From the NCBI RefSeq assembly GCF_006345805.1, contig NC_043008.1:60760001-60824000 (forward strand): a DNA stretch of 64,000 bases. Reading direction: 5' to 3'. The DNA is from Octopus sinensis. Taxonomy: Eukaryota. This document shows, piece by piece, positions 51,484-64,000 of this stretch. Position numbers and translations under genes: made by a program. A model generated the notes under the pieces. The model searched no databases, was not told the origin of the DNA, and saw only the letters and a program-made list of their open reading frames with translations. Positions within the stretch are counted from its first letter, which is position 1; each line of letters starts with the position of its first letter.

Positions 51484-52078
51484 TCTTTTCTACTCTAGGC
51501 ACAAGGCCCGAAATTTTGGGGGAGGGGACCAGTCAATTAGATCGATCCCAGTACGCAAATGGTACTTAATTTATCGACGGCGAAAGGATGAAAGGCAAAG
51601 TTCGCCTCGGCAGAATTTCAACTCACAACGTAAAGACAGACGAAATCCCGCTAACGTTTCTTATTTCTTTACTGCCTACAAGAGGCTACACACAGAGGGG
51701 ACACACAAGGACAGACAGACGGATTAAGTCGATTATATCGACCCCAGTGCGTAACTGGTACTCATTTAATCGACCCCAAAAGGATGAAAGGCAAAGTCGA
51801 CCTTGGCGGAATTTGAACTCAGAACGTAACGTCAGACGAAATACCTATTTCTTAATTACCCACAAGGGACTAAACACAGAGGGGACAAACAAGGACAGAC
51901 ATAGGTATTAAGTCGATTACATCAACCCCAGTGCGTAACTGGTATTTAATTTATCGACTCCGAAAGGATGAAAGGCAAAGTCGACTTCGGCGGAATTTGA
52001 ACTCAGAATGTAACGGCAGACGAAATACCGATAAGCATTTCGCCCGGCGTGCTAACGTTTCTGCCAGCTCGCCGCCTT
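51484..52078 (-). mobile_element. SINE family A dimer adjoining an older A copy
   Basis: Three tandem GGATGAAAGGCAAAGT blocks; head CAGCTCGCCGCCTT ends at 52078. Confidence 0.9.
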
Positions 52079-53798
52079 ATTAAACAGTAATATTAGCCTA
52101 AACTACTACCTCACCATAAGTGTCCACTACCACTCCACTGCAGCTACCGCATGAACATCACAACATCCTACCATTAACAACATACTAGCCCCAGCGCTTT
52201 CACTTAGCACACTATTACCAATAATCTACAACTGCATGGCTACCAATACCATACTACCTCTTATGCACTATCTCTATTGTATATAAGACTGTAACTACCA
52301 ATAGCGGCAATACTAAGTGCTCGTTCAATCGGTCACATATAGTAAACAAATCTTACTGAAATTGCATGCTGGATATTGTGGAGGTTGATTCCATGTACAT
52401 AGGAAACATCTGGGATGTCCGCAGCTGGAAAGCTTTTTGAAAGGTCTGCTCGAGCAGGAGTAAAAAGAAAAACTACTCTAACCAGTTCATTCTGAAAGGA
52501 TATTACAGCGAAGACCCTGAATAAACTACATTGGCATTATAGCAAAGTTGCAAATCCAACACTTAGTAATCTTCTCTTTCAGTGTCTGTTCTCTTCAAAG
52601 CATAAGGAAATAAACAATTTTTCGGAAATTATAACGAATACATTCGAAAACTGAGTTGCTGATTTCGAAGTATGGGTTATCAAAAGATTCATTAATCTTT
52701 CAGCTAACAAATAAACTTTGTTTTCATTTACATATTCGCAAGAATTTACAAAAATTTAACGTTATAATCTTTCTATAATTCAACTATCTTAAACAACATT
52801 TCATACGACGACGACGACGTCACATTTTGTATATGAGTTTGTACCTTACAAAACATCCATTTGTCTATAAGTTATGAGGAAATACAGTCATTTCCTTTCT
52901 CTCTCAGATGCACACGTGCCATACCTGCGAAAGAGTAGTATGTATTTATGTACGTGTATATGAAATTTAATATGTACGAATGTTTCTTCTTTCAGTTGTC
53001 TTAAATAAACTCTAAAGTCTCCTTGCCAAACCTCACCACTCATCACCTCATCACTTTTAAAATGCTACAAACTCCCAATGTTTCACTTTTAGCTTTTCGA
53101 AAAGCGAGGATGTCTCTTCAGAAATAATGTGATTTTCCTGTTGTTTCTAGCATGTCGGGTTTTCTGGTGGTGCTCTAATATTTTTACGTATGCTATTTTA
53201 GTACAATTCTACACATGCGTGAAACAGCAGACGAAAGTGAAACATTAGGTACTTTTAGCTTTTTGAAAGTGGGTAGGTGATGGGAGTGCGAGGTGGGGGA
53301 AGAGGGATTGGGTGTTTCTTGAAGAAAAATTAAACTTAATATATATATATATATTTCCCACATTCGTAATCTCTATATAATTCTACATGGATTAAAAAAA
53401 AAAAAAATCGTAAAAAATTACAAATTAAAAAATTGCGGTGGGGACGCGGAGAAACTGAAATTTTGAAAATATGATTTCTGAGCAAAATCGTATTAACCCT
53501 ATTATACGATGAAACGATACATGATTTGTGATCCTTCTTAACAATAGAAAGTACTTTCATGGAAACCCATGCAAATTGTACCCTCCCCCTTCACTTTTAA
53601 ACAAACGATAACTTCCATTACGCCAGTAATTCAGTTCACTATATATCAGCTGTGCCGATTCTGCCCATCAGAAAGAAACAAATAATACAATATTGCAGTA
53701 GGTTATAACAACTGGGCAACACCGGGATGCATTGCTAGCGTGTGTGTGTGTGTGTGTGTGCGTGTGTATATATATATATGTATATACATATATATCTA

Positions 53799-53829
<31 letters not shown>

Positions 53830-54266
53830 ATCTATCTATCTATATATATATGTATGTATGTATATATACATACAGACATATATGCAGGTGTGTCTTTGTA
53901 TCTGAGTTTGTCCTCCACCATCGCTTGATAAGTGGTTTGGCAAAAGGACAGGTAGTAAGAACCAGGTTTAAAAGTATAAGTATTGGGGGTAGATTCGGGT
54001 AGATTCTTCCGACTAAACCGGTTCTGATGCAGCAAACCTATAGCCGAAGGTGTTCCAGCCATGACACCCCACTTTTTATTTTGTAATCAGCCAATATATC
54101 ACAGAGTGCTTTACTTAATATGCGCTCATCACCCGTATTTTGAAGGTGATTTGATGGTTATTTCTGGGGCGCCTAAAATCAACATAGTGCCACCATCTTT
54201 CGGATTCCCAGTCCTTATATTCTACTAGCTGAGGTTAAATATTATGTTACGATATTCATTCCAGCT

Positions 54267-54397
54267 ATTCCACCGAGGTAGACTTTGCCTTTCATCCTTT
54301 CGGTTTCGATAAATTAAGTACCAGATGCGTTCTGGGTTAGATCTAATCGACTGGCTCTCTCCCCCAAATTTCGGGCCTTGTGCCTAGAGTAGAGAAG
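54267..54397 (+). mobile_element. 5'-truncated SINE family A with 16-bp TSD
   Basis: GATATTCATTCCAGCT at 54251-54266 and 54398-54413. Confidence 0.92.
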
Positions 54398-54963
54398 GAT
54401 ATTCATTCCAGCTGGAAAAAGCATTAAAGGAGTTGGCGAAGTATCTGTCGTCTAAGAATTGAAACTGCACTGTAGGCTCGCCAAAATTTCGCATGTACCA
54501 ACTGCACACTCGATTTCTTGCTATATCTGATTCCTTATATTGTGGCAATAGGCCAAAAATTAATTAGAGACGTGGGAGGGTTTGTAGTTGATTGAATCAA
54601 TGCCAGTACCTTTGAGCAGTGGACTGGCAGAATCATTAGAAAGTCGGAAGAAATATCTACACTTCTTTCATAACACTCCTCCACTTCCTGACTTCAAATG
54701 CCACCGAGGTCAATCTAGCTTTCATTCTTCCGGGTTTGGTAAAAATAATGTATAAGGGAAGTAAATATTGAGGATGATTCAGATATCTATAATTTAACAT
54801 CCTATAAAACATTTTAGATAGGAAAGAAAATATAACTGAAGACTAATAATATAGTACAAGATTGGTCCGTTTGTTTACATGACCTCGTTGTGATGAATTG
54901 CAAAATGGAAAGTGCAAACTAAAGAATGAGGTCTGCACAGGATCACAAATTAAAGAGATCGAG

Positions 54964-55022
<59 letters not shown>

Positions 55023-55025
<3 letters not shown>

Positions 55026-55465
55026 CTTTACTACCACAAGGGGCTAAACATAGAGGAGACAAACAAGAACAGACAAAGGGATTAAGTTTGCATGTACCAA
55101 CTGCACACTCGATTTCTTGCTATATCTGATTCCGCCTTTTGAAGGCGGCGAGCTGGCAGAAACGTTTGCACGCCGGGCGAAATTCGTAGCCGTATTTCGT
55201 CTGTCGTTGCGTTCCAAGTTCAAATTCCGCCGAGGTCGACTTTGCCTTTCATCCTTTCGGGGTCGATAAATTAAGTACCAGTTACGTACTGGGGTCGATG
55301 TAATCGACTTAATCCCTTTGTCTGTCCTTGTTTGTCCCCTAGCCCCTTGTGGGTAGTAAAGAAATATATATCTGATTCCTTATATTGTGGCAATACCAGT
55401 GCGAAACTGGTACTTAATTTATCGACCCCGAAAGGATGAAAGGCAAAGTCGACCTCGGCGGATTT
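55023..55465 (-). mobile_element. SINE family A split by a templated 60-bp copy and a nested A copy
   Basis: A(-) pieces at 55023-55087 and 55396-55465; insert copies 54491-54550; nested A(+) 55141-55366 has TSD TATATCTGATTCC. Confidence 0.88.
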
Positions 55466-55771
55466 CAGAAATCGAGTAATACAGTTAATCGAATATATTT
55501 CAGTATATATCTTTTGTTTCTGTATCTAACAGAAATCACAGGTGAGACGATAGTCATGAAGTCCATTCTTGTGCTTGAACATAGAACGTAAAGTTTTCAC
55601 ATTTGACTTTGACAGAAGGTCATATGAAGTAATGAAGTTAAAATCTGTTAACCTCATTATCTGGCAGGTACTTACTGACTCTTATCCTTTCCTGTCTGGT
55701 AAGCGTTGTTATTGATATTTGAGTGATGAAAGCGTAGGAAACATCTTATTTTATTCAGCTATTCTGCCAGT

Positions 55772-56108
55772 GAAGGCGCGTGACTCAGTGGTTAGAGCGT
55801 CGAGCTTACGATCGTGAGGTTGTGAGCTCGAATCCCGGACCGGGCTGCGTGTTGTGTTCTTGAGCAAGACACTTTATTTCACGTTGCTCCAGTTCACTCA
55901 GCTGTAGAAATGAGTTGCGACGTCACAGGTGTCAAGCTGTATCGTCCCCTTTGCCTTTCCCTTGGACAACATCGGTGACGTGGAGAGGGGAGGCCGGTAT
56001 GCATGGGCGACTGCTGGTCTTCCATGAAACAACCTTGCCCAGACTTGTGCCTCAGAGAGTAACTCTCTAGGTGCAAACCCATGCTCAGTGTCTGACCGAA
56101 GGGGGTCA
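55772..56108 (+). mobile_element. SINE family D, full length, 13-bp TSD
   Basis: CTATTCTGCCAGT at 55759-55771 and 56109-56121; A box TGACTCAGTGG and B box GCTCGAATCCC. Confidence 0.93.
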
Positions 56109-56639
56109 CTATTCTGCCAGTTCTACAATTTCATCTGCTTAGCTGGATAAGCAATCTAGTGATTCTAGTACACCTTTACACGATGAGAAATACAAGGACC
56201 TTGTTCGGTTTCGACGATCAAGGTTTCAATAGTTCCATCAAAACGGGTTTGCTCAATACTCTTCCGAAGGATTTAATGGAAGAGTATCACGCAAACGCGT
56301 TTTTCCGAACGTAATTCTCGGAAAGAATCAGCGTGAGACAGTGTATGACAAAGCAGGCATTTTGTAATACACCAACAACCCATCTTCCTAGATTAAGACA
56401 GTTTTTATCCCCTAACAACATAAGGCTCAATACTACTCGAGGTTATGGTAAAAGGTTATGCTCTAATTACAGAATGTGGGTTATCGAACGCGGGACTTTC
56501 GGTCTCAATCCTTTCACAATTTGCAGCAGTAAAAATCCCTCTATGCATGTTTACAATTTAAAGCAATGTCTAGAGTCTAGGCATTGAAGAATTAGCTTTC
56601 TCCTGTTGTAGGGAAGCACAAAAATGAAAAGTAACTATG

Positions 56640-57110
56640 GGCACAGAGGTGGTTGTCTGGTAAGAAGCTTGCTTTCCAGTCCCATAGTTCCGGGTTCAGT
56701 CCCATTTCGTGGCACCTTGGGCACCAAAGTCTTGTCAGTGGATCTGGAAGCAGGAAACTGAACGAAACTCATCGAGTGTATATATAAATAAATAAATATA
56801 TGTGTGTGTGTGCGCGCGTTTGTCTGTGTGTATATGTATGTATGCATGTATGAATGTGTATGTATGTGTGCATGTGAATTCGTGTCTGTATTTGTCCCCG
56901 TCACCGCATGACAACTAATATTGATGTGTTTGCGTCCCCGTAATCTAGCGGTTCGGCAAAAGACACTAATAGAATAAGTATTAGACTTACAAAAATGTCC
57001 TACGGTGAATTTGTTCAACTAAAGACCTTCAAAACAGTGCTCCTGGATGGTCGAGGCCAAATAACAGAAAGAAAGGAAAAAGATAAAAAGCATGTTAACA
57101 GGAAAGATGA
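56640..57110 (+). mobile_element. SINE family B, old copy
   Basis: Degenerate colinear match. Confidence 0.75.
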
Positions 57111-57235
57111 AACATAAATAACCAGCACTTTCAAAGCATAATATAATAGTTTGTAAACAACGACCACATTTTTTAGAAGTTTCCAGCAAGGCTCTCCCGA
57201 GTGCGTAACATTTACATACGCAATGGATGGATGGA

Positions 57236-57612
57236 AGCACTCCGTCGGTTACGACGACGAGCGTTCCGGTTGGTCCGATCAACGGAACAGCCTGCTCGTG
57301 AAATTAACGTGTAAGTGGCTGAGTATTCCACAGACACGTGTACCCTTAACGTAGTTCTCGGGGATATTTAGCGTGACACAGAGAGTGACAAGGCCGGCCC
57401 TTTGAAATACAGGTACAACAGAAACAGGAAGTAAGAGCGAGAGAAAGTTGTGGTGAAAGAGTACAGCAGGGATCACCACCATCCCTGCCGGAGCCTCGTG
57501 GAGCTTTAGGTGTTTTCGCTCAATAAACACTCACAACGCCCGGTCTGGGAATCGAAACCGCGATCCTACGACCGCGAGTCCGCTGCCCTAACCACTAGGC
57601 CATTGCGCCTCC
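57236..57612 (-). mobile_element. SINE family C with tail type 2
   Basis: Same head and body as 48547 but tail ...GTGTCTGTGGAATACTCAGCCACTTACACG...AACCGACGGAGTGC. Confidence 0.9.
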
Positions 57613-57929
57613 ACACATACGCAATGACTATTAAGGCAACGGACTATCTGTGAGACTTGGGTGGAAAAAAATAATGTGAGAATTTCTTCGGAAGAATAAT
57701 ATTGCTAACATCGAAACTGATATTTACATCTTTCGATAATATAATACCCATGATTTTTTTTTGTCAAGGGCTCATATGTTTCAGTATTAGATATTTTCTA
57801 CAACCAATTTACGGTGTACGCCTATAAGATTTAGCTAATTATATTTACAGAATTTTCTCTCGTCACCGCTTCATAACTGACACAGAAAACGCTAACACAC
57901 GCAAACACAGAGACACAATCACACGTAAG

Positions 57930-57965
<36 letters not shown>

Positions 57966-57967
<2 letters not shown>

Positions 57968-58096
57968 CAGAGTGTCCCAAAAGTACCGGATAGGTTTCAA
58001 TTTTCAACAACTTCCTTAGCTATACAAATAAATGCATGAAAATTTGATACAATATAAAGGACATAACGGAAACTAATGTGCACTAGTCAAATTTTG
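57966..58096 (+). mobile_element. Orphan Tc1/mariner terminal segment
   Basis: TA-CAGAGTGTCCCAAAAGTA... colinear with 58443-58572. Confidence 0.8.
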
Positions 58097-58404
58097 TGAA
58101 TCAATGTAGCCATTGCACGGTTCCTACCGGACAAAACAGTCAAACAGGTAGGATCCAAGAAGGTGGCCCTGGCCAAAAGGACTCGTGAGAGTCATCAAGT
58201 GTCAGGGCGGTCCGTGGCCGATTCCCAGCCACATGTCGAGGGAAGACCTCAGTCTTGTTGAGACTGGAAGGATCGCTTCCTCGACGCTGCATGTCCCTGG
58301 CATACCCGTTGGTCTGCGGTCTTCATCGAGGCCCTATAGGAGCTCGTGGACGACGGGACCACATATATATATATATATATATTTGGTCCCGTCGTCCACG
58401 AGTT

Positions 58405-58442
<38 letters not shown>

Positions 58443-58447
<5 letters not shown>

Positions 58448-59286
58448 TGTGTCCCAAAAGTAACTGATGGGTTTCAGTTTTTAACAACTTCTTTAACTAT
58501 ACCAATATATGCATGAAAACTTGATACAATATAAAGGATATAATGGAAATTAATATGCACGAATCAAATTTTGCAACACCGCTACATCACATATAAAAAA
58601 TTATATCGCTTAAATGGCAGCCATTTTCGGCTTCGCACGCCCGTGCTCCAAAATTTGCTCCATAACACCCTCAAGAATTTCAGACCCCACTTCGCTGATT
58701 TCTCAGTTGATGTTCCCCTTCAGTTGCAGGGTATCTCTTTCAGGTATCCAAGACTGAGAAAGTTTTGCGCCCGGCAATTCAAAGTAGACCTCACACATTG
58801 TTCCAGCAAGATGGGGCAAATGCTCATACCACAAGAGAAACAATGCAGTTGCTTGCTATGACGATGCTTTGGAGAGAGAATAATCTGCTACGGCAATGTC
58901 AACCGGCCTCCACGTTCCCCTGACTTGACTAGCTGGGATTTTTCTTGTGGAGATACCTGAAAGAGAGCTTTCACGTCAACAAACCGGGGACCCTGGTGCA
59001 ACTGAAGGAGAATATCAATAGAGATATCAGCGAATTGGGGTATGAATTTCTTGAGGATGTTATGGTGCAAGTTCTGGAAAGTGTACGGCCGTGCGAATCC
59101 GAAAATGGTTGCCATTTAAGCAATTTCCTTTTTCATATGTGATGTAGTGGTGCTGTAAAATTTGACTCGTGCATATGAATTTCCATTAGGTCCTTTATAA
59201 TGTATCAAAATTTCATGCATTTATTTGTAAAGTTGAGTAAGTTATTAAAGATTGAAACGCCTCAGTGACTTTTGGGCCACCCTATA
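58443..59286. mobile_element. Tc1/mariner (DD41D-like) foldback derivative with ~310-340-bp inverted arms
   Basis: TA-flanked TIRs CAGTGTGTCCCAAAAGTAACTGA / TCAGTGACTTTTGGGCCACCCTA; arms 58443-58750 and ~58947-59286. Confidence 0.85.
58801..59142 (+). pseudogene. Mariner-like transposase catalytic C-terminal relic
   Basis: FQQDGANAHTTRETMQLLAM / RCFGERIICYGNVNRPPRSPDLTSWDF / LWRYLKESFHVNKPGTLVQLKENI, with two frameshifts; 41 residues between the second and third D if the +1 base at 58861 is removed. Confidence 0.85.
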
Positions 59287-59955
59287 TATATATATACGTA
59301 CGTATGTATATTTGTAAGTATGTATACATAAATATGAGTGTGTAGTAAATGTTTATGAGATCCTAAAACAGCGAGAATCAAACTGTCTCTGTCAATATTC
59401 ATTCTTATACGTTCTGTCAGTTTGGAGCATGAATACGCCAGTCATTGTATTTCACATCCGGTGAACAGATTTCCTATTCAAACGATATGTTACAAATACA
59501 GTTGATTCAACGAAGTAGTAGGGTGGAGGGTAGGGTCTTTGAGACACTGTTGTTTCTACCTCATTTTGTTGTACAATAATTGCTCTCCTTTAACATCACT
59601 GAATCTAGACAAGTATTTTGGATTCTGTTGTTAGAATGCATTTTATTTTTGCTGATGCGTACTGATGTCAGTCAATGAGATATAAAATTATGAGCTCATA
59701 AACAGCGATAACCGCAATGAAGATGTCCCTATTGATTCAATTTTATGTGCTTATAATAGTTTAAAATCGACTCTATGTGAGTGCGTATGTGTATATAAAT
59801 GAGTCTGTACATCTGCGTACATATACATAACTAAATATATGTACATGTGTTTGCTCATACATATATATATATACACATATATATATACACACATTAATAG
59901 ATAATAATAGGTGGAATATATATGTATATATATAATATCTATAATATATATATAT

Positions 59956-60174
59956 TACTCTCTTTTACACTCTTTTACTTGTTTCAGTCATGTGACTGCG
60001 GCCATGCTGGAGCACCACCTTTAGTCGAGCAAATCGACCCCGGGACTTATTCTTTGTAAGCCCAGTACTTATTCTATCGGTCTCTTTTGCCGAACCGCTA
60101 AGTTACGGAGACGTAAACACACCAGCATCGGTCGTCAAGCGATGGTGGGGGGGCAAACACAGACACACAAACAT

Positions 60175-60211
<37 letters not shown>

Positions 60212-60402
60212 TCTATATATATATATATATACATATATACGACAGGCTTCTTTCAGTTTCCGTCTACCAAATCCACTCACAAGGCATTGGTCGGCCCGAG
60301 GCTATAGCAGAAGACACTTGCCCAAGATGCCACGCAGTGGTAATGAACCCGGAACCATGTGTTTGGTAAGCGAGCTACTTACCACACAGCCACTCCTGCG
60401 CC

Positions 60403-60403
<1 letters not shown>
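59956..60403 (-). mobile_element. SINE family B, full length, young
   Basis: Colinear match. Confidence 0.93.
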
Positions 60404-60451
<48 letters not shown>

Positions 60452-60508
60452 CATACACACACTTCACACACATATGTCGCACACACACAAAAATATATAC
60501 ATAGGTAT

Positions 60509-60552
<44 letters not shown>

Positions 60553-60807
60553 CATACATGCATACATATATACACACACACACACATATAAATATAACTT
60601 AATTAGTGGACATATTAAACTCTTAAACGGATCATTATCCCCAAGAAAACACCTTATGTCTTTGGGAAATATAATTACTCAACATAAAATTAGAAAATTA
60701 AAATATTTTCGTTTTAATTTTTTGTTTTATCTCACACTTTTATTTTACTGTAATAGTCAAATTAATCCGTTAATCCTCACGCACATACATGAATAAAAAA
60801 AAATACA

Positions 60808-61218
60808 AGGAGTGGCTGTGTGGTAAGTAGCTTGCTAACCAACCACATGGTTCCGAGTTCAGTCCCACTGCGTGGCATCTTGGGCAAGTATCTTCTGCTA
60901 TAGCCTCGGGCCGACCAATGCCTTGTGAGTGGATTTGGTAGACGGAAACTGAAAGAAGCCTGTCGTATATATGTATATATGTGTGCGTGTGTTTGTGTAT
61001 GTGTTTGTGTGTCTGTGTTTGTCCCCTGGCATTGCTTGACAACCGATGCTGGTGTGTTTACGTCCCTGTCACTTAGCGGTTCGGCAAAAGAAACCGATAG
61101 AATAAGTACTGGGCTTACAAAGAATAAGTCCCGGGGTCGATTTGATCGACTAAAGGCGGTGCTCCAGCATGGCCGCAGTCAAATGACTGAAGCAAGTAAG
61201 AGAATAAAGAGTAAAAGA
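60808..61218 (+). mobile_element. SINE family B, near full length, young
   Basis: Colinear match. Confidence 0.93.
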
Positions 61219-62082
61219 ATTCCATATATTTAGTCTGTTGGAATGAACAGATTGATCAACATGTAATTTTTTAATGTCTATAACTTTTCCCTGATGATAT
61301 TTCCCTCATAACGTATAAATCCAAAGTAATGCATAAATTTGAAATTTATTCAATGAGTACAAATGTAAACAGCTGTAGAAAGAAATGATTATTAGTTTAT
61401 TAATAAATAAATATTAACCACTAACTCTCCATTTTCTCCTCGCACTTTAATATGGATTAAATATATCTCTTATATAAAATCCGTGCTGTCTGTGTGTGTG
61501 TGGGGGTGTGGGGGTGTGTGGCTTCTAGGATCTCGGGCATCCCCCATCCAATTGCGCTTAAATTTGATATGTGGATACCGACGGTATCAGGGCGTGCATA
61601 AGTCTTGAAAAAATTACAAAAATCGATTCCAGGTGAGAATACGATCGATAAAGCCATGGGAAATTGTTTTTCTTTGGAATAGAAAAAAGGTGTATCTTTA
61701 TTTCTTCTGCTGGTGTCTCAAATTTAGGTTAAATCAGTGTTTCTCAAAGGGGAGGCCTATGGGACGGTCGGAGAAGTTCTTTTGAGAAAAGTTAGTTTAA
61801 ATGTTTGACAACTCACCACCGTCCATTGGACGGGGGCGTTTTGCTCGTATATATATATATATATATGAGAATGTATGTGTGTATGCATGTATGCATGTAT
61901 GTATATATGTATGTGTACATAGCCCTCAAAGGCTTTGGCATGGTGTATCCTCAAAAAAAAAATTCGGTTTTCGAAATCTGCTTCCCAAAGAGAACGTTTT
62001 TGTTAAATAATAATCAAAAAATATAATTTCAAGCGAGAAATAGCTTAAGTTTTAAGTCGCAAAATCTTTCTGTGAGTTGCTA

Positions 62083-62113
<31 letters not shown>

Positions 62114-62598
62114 ATGCCTTTTACGTTTGGGAAACAAACTTCTTACCACAAAGCTACTCCTTTATACAAATGTATGTGTATGAGACTGCATGTAGATTAG
62201 ATACTCGGAAATTAACAATTCATCGTGCATATTGCGAAGGCAATTTTTCGTACAATTAATTATATTAAGACGAATTAGATAATAGTTTAACTATTACATT
62301 GTTATTCCGAAATATGTAGAAAAATTTTACAACTATCAAGCGGAAGGATAACGTACTGAAAACGGAATTTGGTGCTATATTAAAAATGTAGAAGCAGTGT
62401 TTCGTGTAAGGAATATATCTTATTAAAATATTTTCATTGTTATTATTGGTATTATTCCGCCGAAATCGCCTTTGTCCGTTCAGGGTCGATGAAATAAGTA
62501 CCAGTTAAGCACTGGGGACGTTGTACTCGAATTACCCCATATCTCGAAATTGCTGTTTTTTTTGTCAAAATCTTAAACTATTATTATTGCGATTGTTA

Positions 62599-62830
62599 AG
62601 GCGGCGAGCTGGCAGAATCGTTAGCACGCCGGGCGAAATGCGTAGCACTTTTTCGTCTGCCGTTATGTTCTGAGTTCAAATTCCGCCGAGGTCGACTTCG
62701 CCTTTCATCCTTTCGGGGTCGATTAAATAAGTACCAGTTACGCACTGGAGTCGATGTAATCGTTCTTTGTCTGTTCTTGTTCGTCTCTTCTATGTTTAGC
62801 CCCTTGTGAGGAATAACGAAAGAAGAATAG
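62599..62830 (+). mobile_element. SINE family A, full length (flanked by degenerate A fragments)
   Basis: AGGCGGCGAGCTGGCAGAATCGTTAGC head through TTTAGCCCCTTGTG. Confidence 0.9.
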
Positions 62831-64000
62831 GTAGCACGCCGGACTATATGCACAATGGCACTATGTCCGTCTTGACAGCCAGAGTTCAATTTTCGCCGAG
62901 TTCCACTTCGCCTTTCATCATTTTGATGTCGATAAAAACGTACCATCCAAGTGCTGGAGTCGATAAAACAGACGAGCCCCCCCCCCCCAACAATTTCGGG
63001 CCTTCTACCCATAATAGAAAAGATTGTTGTTTAATTTAAATCTAAGTCGTTTTTGGTGGAGCAAACCTATGATAAAATTTGATCTAACTATGTGTATCCC
63101 ATTTCTTAACTCTATTTTATCACAAGCTTTTTGGATATTGAGGTGTGGCTATACAGAAGGACGTTTCCTTCTGGGCCACATGGTATCGGTTTCAGTCCTA
63201 CTGTGTAGCACTTCCGGCAGCTGCTGCTACTATCACTTTATTAGCTGATTTGTCTTACTTCATTTTTGTCCCCATTCTATTTACTCAACAAATCTAGGTT
63301 GTCAACGTTATGACTCATTTTCAAAAAAATAAAATCTTCACATTCCCTCTGGTTTACAAGCCTATGTTCAGAGTAGCCCCATTTACACGGGCCATCCTTG
63401 TCACATTCTCCCACCTTTCAGCAAAGTTATTGTGGGGCAGTACTTCCTTCTTCAGTCTCACTTTCCTTTTCAAAAGTCGATGAGAGCATGGACAAAGAGA
63501 AAAGTACCTGTCTTCAGCCCTTTCCATCTCATCTACCACACGACCTCTTTCGCCATGGCATCAGGCAAAAAGAAATCTTGTGTCACATATCAGTAATGTT
63601 GTTCATGTGTGACAACTTGTAGCAAAGGCATTTCAACACATTTGAGAGGATAATACTTCTAGAGACATCGATGTCATCTGTCTCACGGATCACGAAATTA
63701 TGTAACTGAACATTGTAAAACATCTTTTCGGGGTCGTTAAATTAAGTACCAGTGAAACACTGGGAGTAACTGTAATCGACTAGTTTTCCCCCACCTCAAT
63801 TTCAGACCTTGTGCCTTTAGTAGAGATGATATCTCATTTTCATATTGGTTCCATATCATGAATGTGTGTGAGTATGGAATCCGCTTTTCTCGGATTTAAA
63901 TGTGTTTATATTTTGTGTGAATGGTAGGTAGCAAAGCAAAAGGCCAAAGCATTTCTTTTTGCAGTTGTTTTAGAATATATGTTAATTATCGTAAAGTGAA

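Noticed and set aside
55772-55845. tRNA gene calls for SINE heads (families A-D)
   Set aside because: A/B boxes are present, but the heads continue into SINE bodies with TSDs and lack a full cloverleaf acceptor stem.
56172-56587. Long frame with one stop
   Set aside because: No homology recognised and no splice signals.

Overview
AT-rich, non-genic or intronic eukaryotic DNA. It is most likely from an octopod cephalopod; this is inferred from the recognisable tRNA-derived SINE families and the extreme microsatellite load, not proven. There is one 100-N gap at 18914-19013. No multi-exon gene can be assembled. Nearly all supplied ORFs are microsatellite read-throughs, and only two short candidate exons have good splice signals (25299-25373 +, 28468-28502 -). 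The window is dominated by four tRNA-headed SINE families, labelled A-D here, several with clean 13-19 bp TSDs. It also holds decayed DNA transposons (a Chapaev/CMC-type transposase relic and a DD41D-like Tc1/mariner foldback relic), several MITEs and simple repeats. The most unusual signal is a set of non-coding, mostly (TA)n-flanked elements that combine type-I hammerhead ribozyme (HHR) motifs with long inverted repeats. These are an intact-core HHR at 29621-29694 between ~110-bp inverted arms, a second HHR at 26571-26625, variant or relic HHRs at 15675-15705, 26159-26186, 35809-35843 and 43595-43639, and foldbacks of ~280 bp and ~630 bp. They resemble Penelope-like/retrozyme-type derivatives. 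In addition, two family-A SINEs were interrupted at their internal palindromes by templated copies of nearby flanking DNA.
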